Shown here: positions 40,737-53,218 of the stretch, one piece after another | Layout of the letters: every line of letters begins with the position of its first letter | Position numbering within the stretch: the stretch's first letter is position 1 | NCBI GenBank assembly: GCA_964016885.1 | Contig: OZ024743.1 | Location: 114,204,001-114,268,000 of the forward strand | Length of the DNA stretch: 64,000 nt | Reading direction: 5' to 3' | From: Eledone cirrhosa | Lineage: Eukaryota | Program-made: the position numbers and the translations under genes | The notes under the pieces: generated by a model | What the model saw: the letters and a program-made list of their open reading frames with translations, nothing else | The model's database searches: none | Told to the model about the DNA's origin: nothing

Positions 40737-43700
40737 CTTTCTTTATTGGCCACAAGGGCTAACACGCAGAAAAACATTACAGATGGCACAGAACAGTACA
40801 GGAGGATACAAACTGGGTTTTAGTCGTGTAAACAGGTTATAACAAGCTAAAAATCGGATAGAAATAAAAATCGGGATAGAAATAAAAGAAAATTCAAATA
40901 ACAAAAATTCCCCAAAAAGCGCCCTCTCTCAGTTTTCCAGTCCTCAGTCTAGAGGCGCATATTCAGAACGGCCCCGTTCACTCGGACCAGACTCGCCACT
41001 TTCACCCACCTTTCAACAAACTTACTAGAAGACAGCACTTGCCTCTCTATCCTGATTTTCCTCTTCAAGTGAAACTTGAAATAGTTAATCAGGGATTGGC
41101 CGGAGAGGAAAGTGTCCGTCTTCAACCCTTTCAACCTTGTCCACCACACAATCTCTTTCGCCATGGCCACCAGGCAGATTAAACTGCCTGCCCTTCCTCC
41201 TCTTTGAAGTAGGATGGCGGGGCTATCTGTACAATGAACTCAGTCGATAACTGGATCCGTCCTACATGCGACAGCAACTGTTCGACATAGCTCCACAAGT
41301 CAGCAATCCTCGGGCATTGAACGAGTGCGTGCAGGACGGTTTCGTCGCCCTGCGCGCATCTAGGACAGGCTCAGCTGACAGCACCTCCGTGCCTGTAGAG
41401 CTTATCCCGAACCGGCAATGCCGGTAGCACTGCCAGGCCAGGGATTTCTGGAAGTAGCCCATAGGCCCCGGTCTGAAAGTTCTCTTGAAGAGAGCGAACA
41501 GCTGATCGTCTTCGACGCCCAGGGTCTCCATGGAAACGTCGTCGCTCTTCCCCTCTACTAGCCCTCTATAGAACACTGAGGTGGATGTTACACCAATATT
41601 AGTGCCCAGTTGGTAGAGGGCGGTGAGCACTTGGAGACATTCCAGCTTTCAAGCGCTATCCCTCGGTTTTTTCCTGATCCAGGACAGCAGCTTCATCAAG
41701 GAGATGAGCTGTGGAAAAGCGCATCTGGCAAACAGTAACCACACCTTTTCACCGTCAAGGAACCACCAGAGATGTCGCAGCCTCAGCGCATGTTTACGCA
41801 TCATCAGCCACGGCATGCCTAGTCCTCCACGCAATGAGTGTTGACAGCAAATGGATCGTCTGACCATGGGAGCACGTCCCTTCCACAAAAAGCGGAAGAG
41901 AAGGCGCTCCATTTTGGTCAGAGTTGGGCGAGGGCAAGGTACGACGGTCAGGTGGTAGAAGATGACGGAGGCGATGTACCCATTCGCCACCACCAACCAA
42001 CCTTTCAGAGACAGCCTCCTCTCAGCCCATTTCTGGGTGAGAGAGGCCACCCTGCTCGTCACCTCGCTCCAGCTTTTCTCCATCTGGAGGTGCGGACCGA
42101 ACCAGACTCCAAGAAATTTAAGCGGTCCTTCCGTCCAACACCCCACGACGATGTCGGACGGCATGGACTTCCCTCTCCTGGTGCCGATCGACTTTTCCTG
42201 GTTTATCTTTGATCCTCTCATCTATTCGTATTCCTTGAGAGCGGTGCCGAGCATCTGGACGTGTTTGGTGCTCGACACCACCATGGTGACGTCGTCGGCG
42301 TGGGACGTCTCCGGCGTGGGACCCCCCTCTTCGTCTCCAATTTGTGCAGTAACGGTTCGAGGGCCAGTACGTACACGAGGGACGAGAAGGCGCAACCCTG
42401 GTGGACCGAGCGCATGATGCTGAAAGGCTGCGACAGGTGACCATTCACCCTCAAAATTGAGCAGATGTCGCTGTGCATCGCAGCGATCCAGCCCCACAAA
42501 ACGGGCCCGAAGCCGGCAGCCACGAGGACCGCATCCAGGTACCGATGGTCGACCCTATCAAATGCTTTAGATTGATCCAAGTTGATCAGGGCCCCGCCCA
42601 TGCCAGGTTCCTTAACCACCCTCTTTATGATGTATCGCATGAGATGGAGGTTGTCGTGGATGGATCTGTCCAGAATGGCGCATGTTTGCGCCTCTCCAAA
42701 CCAGATCATCAACAGCAAGTGTCAATCTCTTTGCTAACACCTTGACCAACATCTTAAACTCTGCGTTGTCTATAACGTCCCTCTTGATCGTGTCTTTTCT
42801 CAGTAGCGCCATCGCTCCCCGGCTCACAAAACTGGGAATGATCCCGTTCTGCTGCCAGTTGTAGTAGACATCTGCCAAGAGGTCGCCGAACAAGTCTGGC
42901 ATATACGCATAAAGCTCGAAGGGCAGACCATCCAAACCTGACGATTTACCCCTCGTGCAGTCAGACATCGCTTCTCGTATTTCACCTGCTGTTATCAGCC
43001 TTTCACAACACTGCGCTGCGGTCGTCGAGAGCCGCGGCAGTTAATCGAGGTATGCACCGGAGTCCATACTCCGATCCGGACCGCCGCTGCTCCCGCACAA
43101 TTGAGCAAAGTGTTGTTGAAAAGTCGCACACATCTTCTCGGGTTCGAGCACCATGCGCCCGTTTTGATCAGGCAAAGACCGAATTGTGGACATGTTGCCA
43201 CGTCGCGCCTCTACCACCCGGGCCCATTGAACGGCTTCCGTCCCCTCGTGATTAGAGAACGCGTTCTAGCTCTGACAACGCAGCCTTCATGCTTTGCGTT
43301 GAAGAATTGGTCGAGTGCCAATCTCGCAGCAAGCACGTCAGTTGCGATGCCTGTCCTAAACGCCTCTTCTAGCTTTCTAACTAATTCTCCTTCTAGTCTA
43401 TTTTCCTCTATCACTACTCCTTTGCTTAACCTAATCGATTTTACTCTAATAGCCCTTTTCAGGGTAAACCACCACCTGCTGTTGACCATCGCACCCGTCA
43501 ACGCACGCTTAACTAATTCGCTAATCCGGTCTCTGTAAGTTTGCGCGCCGGGAACGACGCGTTCAGCTTCCAGTAACCTTGCCTATGGAGTCGATCTAAG
43601 TCAACTTCACAGATCACAAATCCGTGTAGTCGACTACTTTAAATTGTGGACAACCTACACTAGCCTTATCTGTTTCCCTACAGATTACCCTATCTAAATA

Positions 43701-46084
43701 CGATCTGGATGAACCGATGCGGTTTGCCCATGTCCACATTGGCACATTCAGATAATCCAGTCTATAGCTCTCAGACAGTTCAAAACGTCTGAGCAGGTTG
43801 TTGAGGCTTTTACACCCTCCTGCCCTGTCTACTAGCCCCACATAATCCCAGCGTGCATCTAAGATACCGCTCCAGTCGCCTACTAACACTAAAGAGCGGG
43901 ACGTTCCAAGAAAGATCTCTAGACGTCTGAAGAAATCTGGCCGTCCTGCCCCTGTTGGGGCGTAGACGGTTACTAGCTTGAAAACATTGCCTTCGCTGCC
44001 GGTCACGTCCAGCACCACCGATTTACCTTCTGGGTCCAGGAAGATGGCCCGTATTGCGAGATCCAAGCCTCTCCGAAAAAGCACAGCAACTCCTCCACCC
44101 GATCCTGGATGACTGGGAGATGCGTATATATCGTAGCCGCCGAAGATCGGTGCGAAGGCTCGTGCTTCGGAGATTCTGGTTTCGCTGATGGCCACCACAT
44201 ATATGTTTAGGGACCTGAGGTCGTTGAGCAGGTGACCCTGCTTCCAAGATGATCCCAGGTCACATACATTTATACTGCCTATTTTAAGTACGGCCATGTT
44301 AGATAAGAAAGGATCACTTACCTTGATCGTGTGGGGAAGGGACAGTAGAACCGTCCCTTTGGCTGGTTATGGGTGTTTCCAAGATGATGTCGGTGTATAT
44401 CATCTTGGTAACCGACCCTCTGAAGTCTCCAACTGCGTTGGGGAAATTTTCTTTTAAAAGTTTATAATGTTCTATTTTAATTTCAATGATGTTTATATAT
44501 TTTCGGGAGAGTTCTTGGTGTTGGTGGGGTGTAGTCATTTTTTTCTGTGATGTCTGTGTGCTCCTTTATATGTTGTAAGAATTCTTTATTTGCCATGTTT
44601 ATGGCTGTGTACGTTTTGGGGGAAGGGGTGGTTTTGTTGCTGTTTTCTTGTTATTGCTGTTGGGTGTGTGTGCTTTATTGTGTTTGCGATGTTGGTGTTT
44701 TTGGTGATGTTGGTGGTGGTGTGCTTGTTGTTGGTGGTGATGTTTGTGGTGGTGATGGTGGTGGTGTTGTTGCAAGTCTCCTTTCAGCCTTTACCCCTCT
44801 TTGTTTTCCTTCGCTTTTGGAGGGTGAAGCTAAGGGTTTTTTTCCTTTTTTGTTTTATTGTGTAGACCATTTGTCACTTCCCTCCCGCATCATACTCTAT
44901 GTCGGATTCCGTGGCGTCTGGAAGGGGTGTGAGCTCCACTGCTGTTGGTGGTAGTAGTGGAGCCCGCTCCGGCGATGCCCTCGATGCACTCCTGGTCAGT
45001 TTGTATTAGCATTTGCATGCCTATTCCTGACCAGTTCTCTTTTCCCATTCTCTGTATTTGCAGTATGGTGGTCGTCTCTTCGATTCCAGCAAGTACAGAC
45101 GCGGCCAGCCAAGGTATGGGTACGTCGTGCGGGACCTGGGTCTCTTTGACCTGGGTCACTTTTTGCCTCAGGTGATGTGGGTTTTGCGCGCCCAGACGCA
45201 CCCCAAGGCCTTTTGGATTTGAGCCTCCGTGGCTCTCTCCACTCGATGTGACATTTTGCTTACGGTGCGGTAAGTCATCGTGGGCAGCTGCTGGTCTTTG
45301 AAGAAATCGGGTGGAGGTTCCAGGGACTCTCTATTGTCGTTTCTTCTCACCATGGCTATTGCGACTGCCATCTCCCCGTCTGTGACTATCACGGTCTCTA
45401 TATTTCGGGCCACACCTGCGAAAGAAGTGGCCCCTTTTTCAGCGGCACCATTATTGCTGCCGCTACTGCTGCTACTGGTCTTGTTGTTAGTGCTGTCGCT
45501 GTTGCTACTACCGGTGTTGGTGTTGTTGCTGTTATCACTGTTGTAGTTGGTTGTGTTTATGGTGCCACCGTTGTTGTTGTTTTCGGTACAATTTGTATTG
45601 TTGCTGTTGGTGTTGTCCTTTTTATTTTCTTGTTAGTGGTGTTAATAACGTTGTTGCATTTGTTGTCATTTTTTTTTGGTCTGTATTTTGGTTGTCGCTG
45701 TTATTGTTGTAGTTGGTGTGGTAATTTTTTTAAAATTAGTGTTTTAAGTGTTGTTGTCTTTGTTCACGTTGTTTGTGGTGGTGTTTGTTGTATCAATTTC
45801 TGTAACCCACCTCTCAACTTTTATGCTGTTGTCACAAGACAGTAGACATATTGCTGGGGGCGTGGCTCAGCCATGTTTTTTTTTTTTTTATTTTTAAAAG
45901 TAAAATGTTCAAATATTTTTCAAATATTTGGGACAAGAGGCCCAAATATTATACTTTCCCCTTCACAGGGCAAAGTCCAAGGGCTTATATCCCTTACACA
46001 ACAAGAACAATTTAACAACAAATAATTATAACAGGTAAATAAAGCGACTTACTAGGAGCGAGCAAAAAGACGTCCGAACAGACC
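40736..46084 (-). mobile_element. Second near full-length Tx1/L1-type LINE, diverged subfamily, in tandem with the first
   Basis: ORF1 remnants at 44314-45874 (RATEAQIQKALG shared) and ORF2 at 40949-44297; 3' end cccttgtggccaataaag plus (tta)n. Confidence 0.92.
40949..44297 (-). pseudogene. LINE ORF2 (APE plus RT), multiple frameshifts
   Basis: MAVLKIGSIN..., VYAPTG, SYLDRV, DQSKAFDRVDH, HADD and GGLGMP motifs. Confidence 0.92.
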
Positions 46085-46279
46085 AATAATAATAATTGTT
46101 TCTACTTTGGGCACATGACCAGCAATTACCCAGTGTATTACTGGTACTTTATTTTATCGACCCCGTAAGGATGAAAGGCAAAGTTAACCTAGACGGGATT
46201 TGAACTCACAATGGCAAGGACCGTAATTCTATGCATCAAAGCATAGCGTCCAACCCTCTACCGATACTGCCAATTCACA
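46085..46279 (-). mobile_element. tRNA-derived SINE
   Basis: Reverse complement of the 12081-type unit; its (att)n tail abuts the LINE 5' end. Confidence 0.88.
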
Positions 46280-46972
46280 GACCAATAGTAATAATAAAAA
46301 GACGAGGTGTTAAATTTTCATTATATTTATTGATTAGCTCAAGATTCGATCTGTATCGATCGGGTCCGACTCTGAAATCAAAAGCTCATCGGACTTTGGT
46401 GAACCTACTCTTACTAGACGTTATAAACTCTCTCCCCTCTATTCAAATATGTGGTGCTTTTCCCGATGATAACACTTTGAATGGTTTGATTAATAATAAT
46501 AACACTTCAACCTATATTTGATCTTTATTCTGCTGAGTATACTTATTCAACTGGAAATATAATAGTTTATTTTTATGACTGAATTACGCAGTCGAACTTT
46601 TTATATCCATTATTAAAATTATATTTTGGAGATGTATTTTTATATTTTTAAATTTATATTTGAACTGAACACCTGCTCTTATAAACTTTACACATTTTTG
46701 TAATGCTTATGATGTATATTTATTTACTGATTATGATATATGTCTTGCACTATACTTCACCTTTCAGTAGCAGCATGTTTTTTTAAATGTTTAATGCTTT
46801 TAGCTGCTCCTAATTTTATTGCATTTATATGCTGATATTTTTCATATGCTTCTTCCACCTTTGCTATCTTATCTTATATAAATGTTGATACTTATGGTTA
46901 TTTCCCATATGTATCCTCCTAATATTCTTATGACAAACTTCTGATATTATATTTGTGTTTTAACCTTTATTA

Positions 46973-47160
46973 TAGGTGGATTGGCAGTATCAGTAGAGGG
47001 TCGGACGCCATGCTGTCCAGCATAGTTACGTCCCTTTACGACCTGAGTTCAAATCCAGCTGAGGTTGACTTTGCTTTTCATCCTTACGGGGTCGATAAAA
47101 TAAAGTACCAGTAATGCACTGGGTAATTGCTGGCCTTGTGCCTAAAGTAGAAACAATTAT
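46973..47160 (+). mobile_element. tRNA-derived SINE
   Basis: ggtggattggcagtatcagtagagggtcggacg...gagttcaaatcc...gtagaaacaattat. Confidence 0.9.
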
Positions 47161-47162
47161 AT

Positions 47163-47207
47163 ACTCCGATGATATCGGCCTTGTGCTAGGATGAAACGAT
47201 CTTAAGT
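47163..47207 (+). ncRNA. Decayed hammerhead motif (U4C core) in a PLE pseudo-LTR remnant
   Basis: act CCGATGA tatc...gat GAAAC gatc TTA agt. The downstream gattaaatgttttaaaca...ttacattga resembles the pseudo-LTR at 27816. Confidence 0.55.
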
Positions 47208-47330
47208 GATTAAATGTTTTAAACACTCTTTGATTGTTATTTATAATGTATTTCAACTCTGTAGTATACTTGTTATTTTACATTGATCTATTCTCACACT
47301 TGTAATGGGATAATATTTAATATTACCCAC

Positions 47331-47385
<55 letters not shown>

Positions 47386-47459
47386 ATTCCGGGTTCAATC
47401 GGGGGTAACCACAGTAAGTAAGATACTCCGAATGAAACAGTTGAAGTCTTGTAGAAGCC

Positions 47460-47529
<70 letters not shown>

Positions 47530-50500
47530 TAATAATTATAAATTTGAAGACTAAAATCAAAAGAGGGCTCGATAAGGATAAATATATATCAAATATATAA
47601 GAACCCTAGAGTGATTTTTTTAGTTTCAGAAAATCCCGTTAAGGGTGAAAGCACCGATTCTTTGCTTAAACTTACATACAGATATTTTTGCATACACAAA
47701 CGCACAGACGGAGCCGATATGCCATCCAAAAGGTCCGGGCCGAAGATATTTTTTAAAGTGAGGAAGATATTTTTTAAAGTGAAGAAAATCCCACTAACCC
47801 GAAAAGAAGAAAAGATCAACATCATCGGGAACTACTGAGCCGCAGGTTTTATATCGGAGTTATCCCAGTTTACTGAGTTGCCTTCTCCTAGACGAATGCC
47901 CTGACAAAGGCTAGGGGTCATTCACTCCCAGTGGTTTAACCGCGCGATCGGGTGTCCAGCCCGACTATTTCTATGTCCCCGTGCACAGATATTTTTGCAT
48001 ACACAAAACATATTTATTTCACGAAAGCACAGACGGAGCCGAAATGCTACCCAAAAGGTCCCAGCCTGGCCGTAAGATTAGATTTTCCAGAAGAAAAATG
48101 TTACTAGAGCAGAGAGTCTGAAAATGATTATGAACGTCGCCTTCAACAGATGAGGACTCAAGCGAGAGCAATTCGATCAGCCCAGTCTCAAGAGCAGCGC
48201 CAGTCTCGCCTTCAGCAACTGAGGTCCCGTGCAGAAGGCAGGAGGGCAACTCAGACAGAACAAGCCAGATTAGAGCAGGTGAGTTCACAAGCTGATTGCA
48301 TCCACATTGCATTACAGCATCAGTGTGCCATACAGGTCCTTGCAAAACTGAGTCATAAGTACAACAATTCTGAGCAAATTCATTACAGGGCAGTCATCAA
48401 TATTTGTTTGCCTACAGTAGTCAAAATATTGTCAAAGATTTTATATCAGATCAACAATGTTAACCTGTACGTTAATTGTTCTGGTAAGTAAATTCATCGC
48501 ATCAAACAGCGCTATCAATAGTTCAGTTCAGCTATCAATAGAAAGCTCCTACATGCGCTTCCACATTAGATTTTTGTCGAACAGAGCATTGATCATTTAA
48601 CAGTGCATCTTGAGTCCCAATCTTTCGGCACAACAAAATATTATATTTCCAAAATGGACTTTTCCAAAGGTAACTCCTTTAAAAGTAAATAGATTTGCCG
48701 TGTTTCAACCAAAGTATATGAATCAGACATACAACAGTTCATTTGTCACGATATTTTGAGTTTTTTCTAGACATTCGGTAAAACTGTCGAACTTCAGAGG
48801 TATAATTTTGCTACTTATTAAGAAATATCATTTCAGTAGTATCACAATCGATGGGAACATTGATATAGGTCCAAAAGACAGTTTCATTTGTCACGATATT
48901 TTGAGTTTTTTCTACAGACATTCGGTAAAACTGTCGAACTTCAGAGGTATAATTTTGGTACTTATTAAGAAAGTAGTACCACAATCGATGGGAACAGTGA
49001 TATAGGTCCAAAAGATCCGCTTCATTATAATACATACACTGGAGTAGGACATTTGGAGATGGTCGAATATTTTACGATCAGCGGTAGGACTGAGTTTTGC
49101 AAGGAACTGTAATGAGCAAACATTTTTTAAAAAATTATTCTACAGGTGAGAGAGAAACACCTTCGGTCGACAGTTGGACCTATCAGAGAAGCCTAGCCTG
49201 CCGGTCAACAAGTCAGAGATGCTCTATAAAACTCCAGTTCAGCCTTTCGATATGACTCCACCGTCGACTATTCTATCGCTTCTCAAATTGGATCCATGAA
49301 CACTATTTGCCCACATTGTCAAGCTCTCAAGTGGGACAGGGAGGCGCCAGACATGCGCTGCAGTGGAGGCAAAATCAGTTGCCCTTTGGAACCGCTCAAA
49401 AGACTCTTCTCAGGCCAGAGCGGTGATAGCCGTCACTTCCTTGCAAACATAAGGAGATACAATAGCTGCTTTCAAATGACGAGCTTCGGAGCCGAAAAGG
49501 AAGTTAATCATGGCGGATACATGCCCAAATTTAAAGTACAGGGCCAACTGTACCACATGATTGGAAGTCTCCTACGCCTGACCGACGAACACCACAAGTT
49601 TTTGCAAATCTACTTCATTGGAGATGCAGATTCACAAGTGATACGTCGCCATCGGGCCATCCCAGGAAACAGACTTGAAATTCGCCAGTTACAGGACATG
49701 TTAAGTGTCTCAAACAGGTTGATTCAAAACTTTAAATTCGCCATTGAAAACCCTCCAGCCAAAATTTTCGACATTGGTATACACCCTGACAAGGTTCCAA
49801 CTGGTGAGCTTCGTAGACGCTTCAATGCTCCAGCTGTTGCAGAGGTTGCAGCTGTTCTTGCTTGTAACACCGGGGGAAAAAGCGTGATATAGTCATCCGA
49901 CATCGTGATGAAGGTCTAAAAAGAAATTCCCGATACCAACAAAGCATACAATGGCCTTCAGTAGCCACTTATGTACACAACAGGAGAGCATGGATATCAC
50001 TGGCTGCTTCATCAAGTTGGATCTAATGGTGAGCCAACCAACAAGAAAGTATCTGCGATGGATTTTTATGCCTTTCACCTGATGCTTCGTTCAAACAACT
50101 TCGATCATCTTCACCGATCACGCGACCTATTTCACCAGTTTGTCGTTGACATGTATGCCAAGATAGAGAGTGAACGCCTTGCTTATACTGCAAGCCATCA
50201 AAAGGAACTTCGAGCTGACAACTACTCTCACCTTCGTGATCCTGTGAACAATGATGCCAGACATGGCCACGAGCTTGGTAAGTTGGTCATCCTCCCTTCC
50301 ACCTTCGCAGGCAGTCCTCGATATATGCATGAGAAGACATGCAATGACATACGTGAGGCACTATGGCTGTCCCGACCTTTTCATTACCTTCACATGCAAC
50401 CCAAAGTGGTGAACTCCTTCCTGGCCAAACGTCTGCTCACAGTCATGACCTTATTGCAAGAGTATTCCGTCTGAAAGTTATGAAGCTCATGTCAATCCTA

Positions 50501-52284
50501 ACGAAGCAAGAAATTTTTGGACCAACACGATGTGATACGTGGACTTCCCCATGCCCACATTCTAATCTGGCTAATCGAAAAAATCCGTCCTTCCCAGATT
50601 GAATCATTGATAAGTGCTGAACTCCCTGATCCTGCAGAAGACCAGAAGCTGTTCGACATTATCAGAGCTCAAATGGTTCATGTTCCATGTGGGGAATTCA
50701 ACCCAAGGTTACTTTACATGAAAGATGGAAAATGCAGCAAAAAGTTTCCACACGAATTCCTAAAGGAGACACAAACAGGGCATGATGGTTACCCACTGTA
50801 TAGGGGAAGAAAACCAGACGATGGTGGGAAAACACACACATCCATTATAAGAGTCAGTGGTCAGCCAGAACAATTCATTATTGACAACAGGTGGATTGTT
50901 GCGTACTGTCCTCTCCTCTCCAAAGCCTTCGATGCACACATCAACGTTGAATTCTACAATTCCATAAAGTCTATCAAGTATGTTTGCAAATATGTAAACA
51001 AGGGGTCAGACATGGCAGTGTTCAATCTTAAAGCACAGAATGGCAGAGATGAAGTGAAACAATACCGGAGTGGTCGATACATAAGCAGCAATGAGGCCCT
51101 TTGGCGAATTCTTGGTTTCCCACTTCACGAACGCCATCCTGCAGTCGAGCACCTGGCAGTGCATCTCGAAAATGGCCAGAGAGTTTTCTTCCATCCAGAA
51201 CAGGCTGCTCAAATTGCTCAAGAACCACCGAAGAATACAACACTTACGGCCTTTTTCAAGCTCTGCCAAGAAGACAAGTTCGCACAAACACTCTTCTATT
51301 GGCAACTTCCCCGCTTCTACACATGGAACAGACCAACCCGAACGTGGCAGCGTAGAAAGGCTGGCAAAGCAGTGGATGTTCTTGGAAGGGTCTACAGTGT
51401 CCATCCGACTCAGTTCGAGTGTTTCTTCCTAAGAATGCTTCTGTTCGAGGTTAGAGGACCACAGTCTTTCCAAGATCTGAGGACCATCAATGGCCATCAA
51501 TGTTCCACTTACCGTCTGGCTTGCCAGATGCGTGGTATGTTACACGGTGACAGCCATTGGCACCTCACCCTGCAAGAAGCAGCAACTACTAATGTCCTTT
51601 CTCAGCTGCGAATACTTTTTGCTATTATGCTGCACAACTGTGATCTCGCCGACCCTCTTGCACTGTGGAACAACCACCGCGAAAGTCTAGCTGAGGACAT
51701 CCTCCACCGCACACACAGGCACAATCCGAACGTAACATACGATGTCGTTTTCAATGAGGTGCTGATTTGTCTTGAAAACAGTGTCCTGGAGATTGGTGGT
51801 AGGCCTCTAAGTCACTACAGCTTCCCTGCTCCTGCCAGGAGTGTCCAGAGGTCAACGTCTACAGAACTTCTCCGTGAGACGAGCTACGAGAAAAGTGCTC
51901 TTCATGAGTTTATTAATACCAACGAACCCAAATTGATCCATGATCAGCAACTGGCTTACAACACCATTGTTGATGATGTGACAACTAACAAGGGTAGCCT
52001 CTTCTTCGTTGATACTCCAGGAGGCACGGGAAAGACATTCGTCACCAACCCCTTACTTGCAACGGTGAGAATAAACAGGTGGATCGCACTGGCCGTTGCT
52101 TCCTCTGGAATGGCAGCGACTCTTCTCTCCAGAGGTCGCACCTCTCATTCCAGTTTCAAATTCCCGCTGAACCTTGCGAAGATTGAAACTCCAATCTGCA
52201 ACATCCAACGTGGAAGTGCTCTGACTGATCTCATCAAGCAGTGTCGCATCATTGTCTGTGATGAATGCACTATGGCTCACAAAG

Positions 52285-52389
52285 GTACTTATTTCTAATT
52301 TGGGCGTCATTTTTATTTTTTACTTCTTTGTTTTTTGGCACTTTTGGCATCCTCCTATAATTCCTTTTTCATGTTTTTTTCTCACACAG
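52285..52389 (+). other. Putative 105-bp spliceosomal intron in the Helitron helicase
   Basis: AAAG|gtactt...ttttttctcacacag|CTGCT; splicing gives DECTMAHKAAFETLDRTLQD, the expected Pif1 motif. Confidence 0.8.
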
Positions 52390-53218
52390 CTGCTTTTGAG
52401 ACGCTGGACAGGACACTGCAAGATGTTAGAGGAAATAACTCCGTCATGGGAGGCGTTACCTTCGCCATGGCTGTGACTTCAGACAAACACTTCCAGTTAT
52501 CCCTCGCGGAACTCGAGCTGACTAGGTGAAGGGATCAATTAAGTCTTCATACATCTGGAACAAAATCTCAAAGCTCAGTCTGTCGACCAATATGACGGTT
52601 CACCTGCATGGTGACCAACAAGCAGTAATTTTTGCACAGCGCCTACTTGAGAACTTTCATCCAAAGTCTTCCCACGGCTGTCTGAGAATTTCACTTACCA
52701 TGATTGGCTCTGTGAAAGAGCAATACTTGCACCAAGAAATAACAGTGTCAGAGACATCAACGATAGGCTTCTTAAGCAGATCCCTGGGCCTGTTCACACG
52801 TACCAGTCAATCAGATGTGGCAGTTCAATACCCAGTGGAATTCTTAACGCTCTTGATTTTCCAGGAATTCCTCCACACAGGTTGCAGTTAAAGCTTGGTG
52901 TCCCTATCATCCTGCTGCGAAATTTGAACCCACCAAAGCTCTGCAATGGCACATGACTTGCAGTGAAGCAGATGCTGCGTCATGTTATTGAAGCCACAAT
53001 CATGACTGGAGTTGGTAGGGGAGAAGATGTATTTATTCCTCGCATCCCGTTGCTGCCAGCCGACTTACCCTTTCAGTTCAAGCGACTTCAATTTCCAATA
53101 AGACTAAGCTTCGTGATGACCATCAACAAAGCTCAGGGTCAAACCCTACAAGTGGCTGGCCTTCATCTTGGAAAACCATGCTTCTCCCATGGTCAATTGT
53201 ATGTAGGATGCTTTAGGG

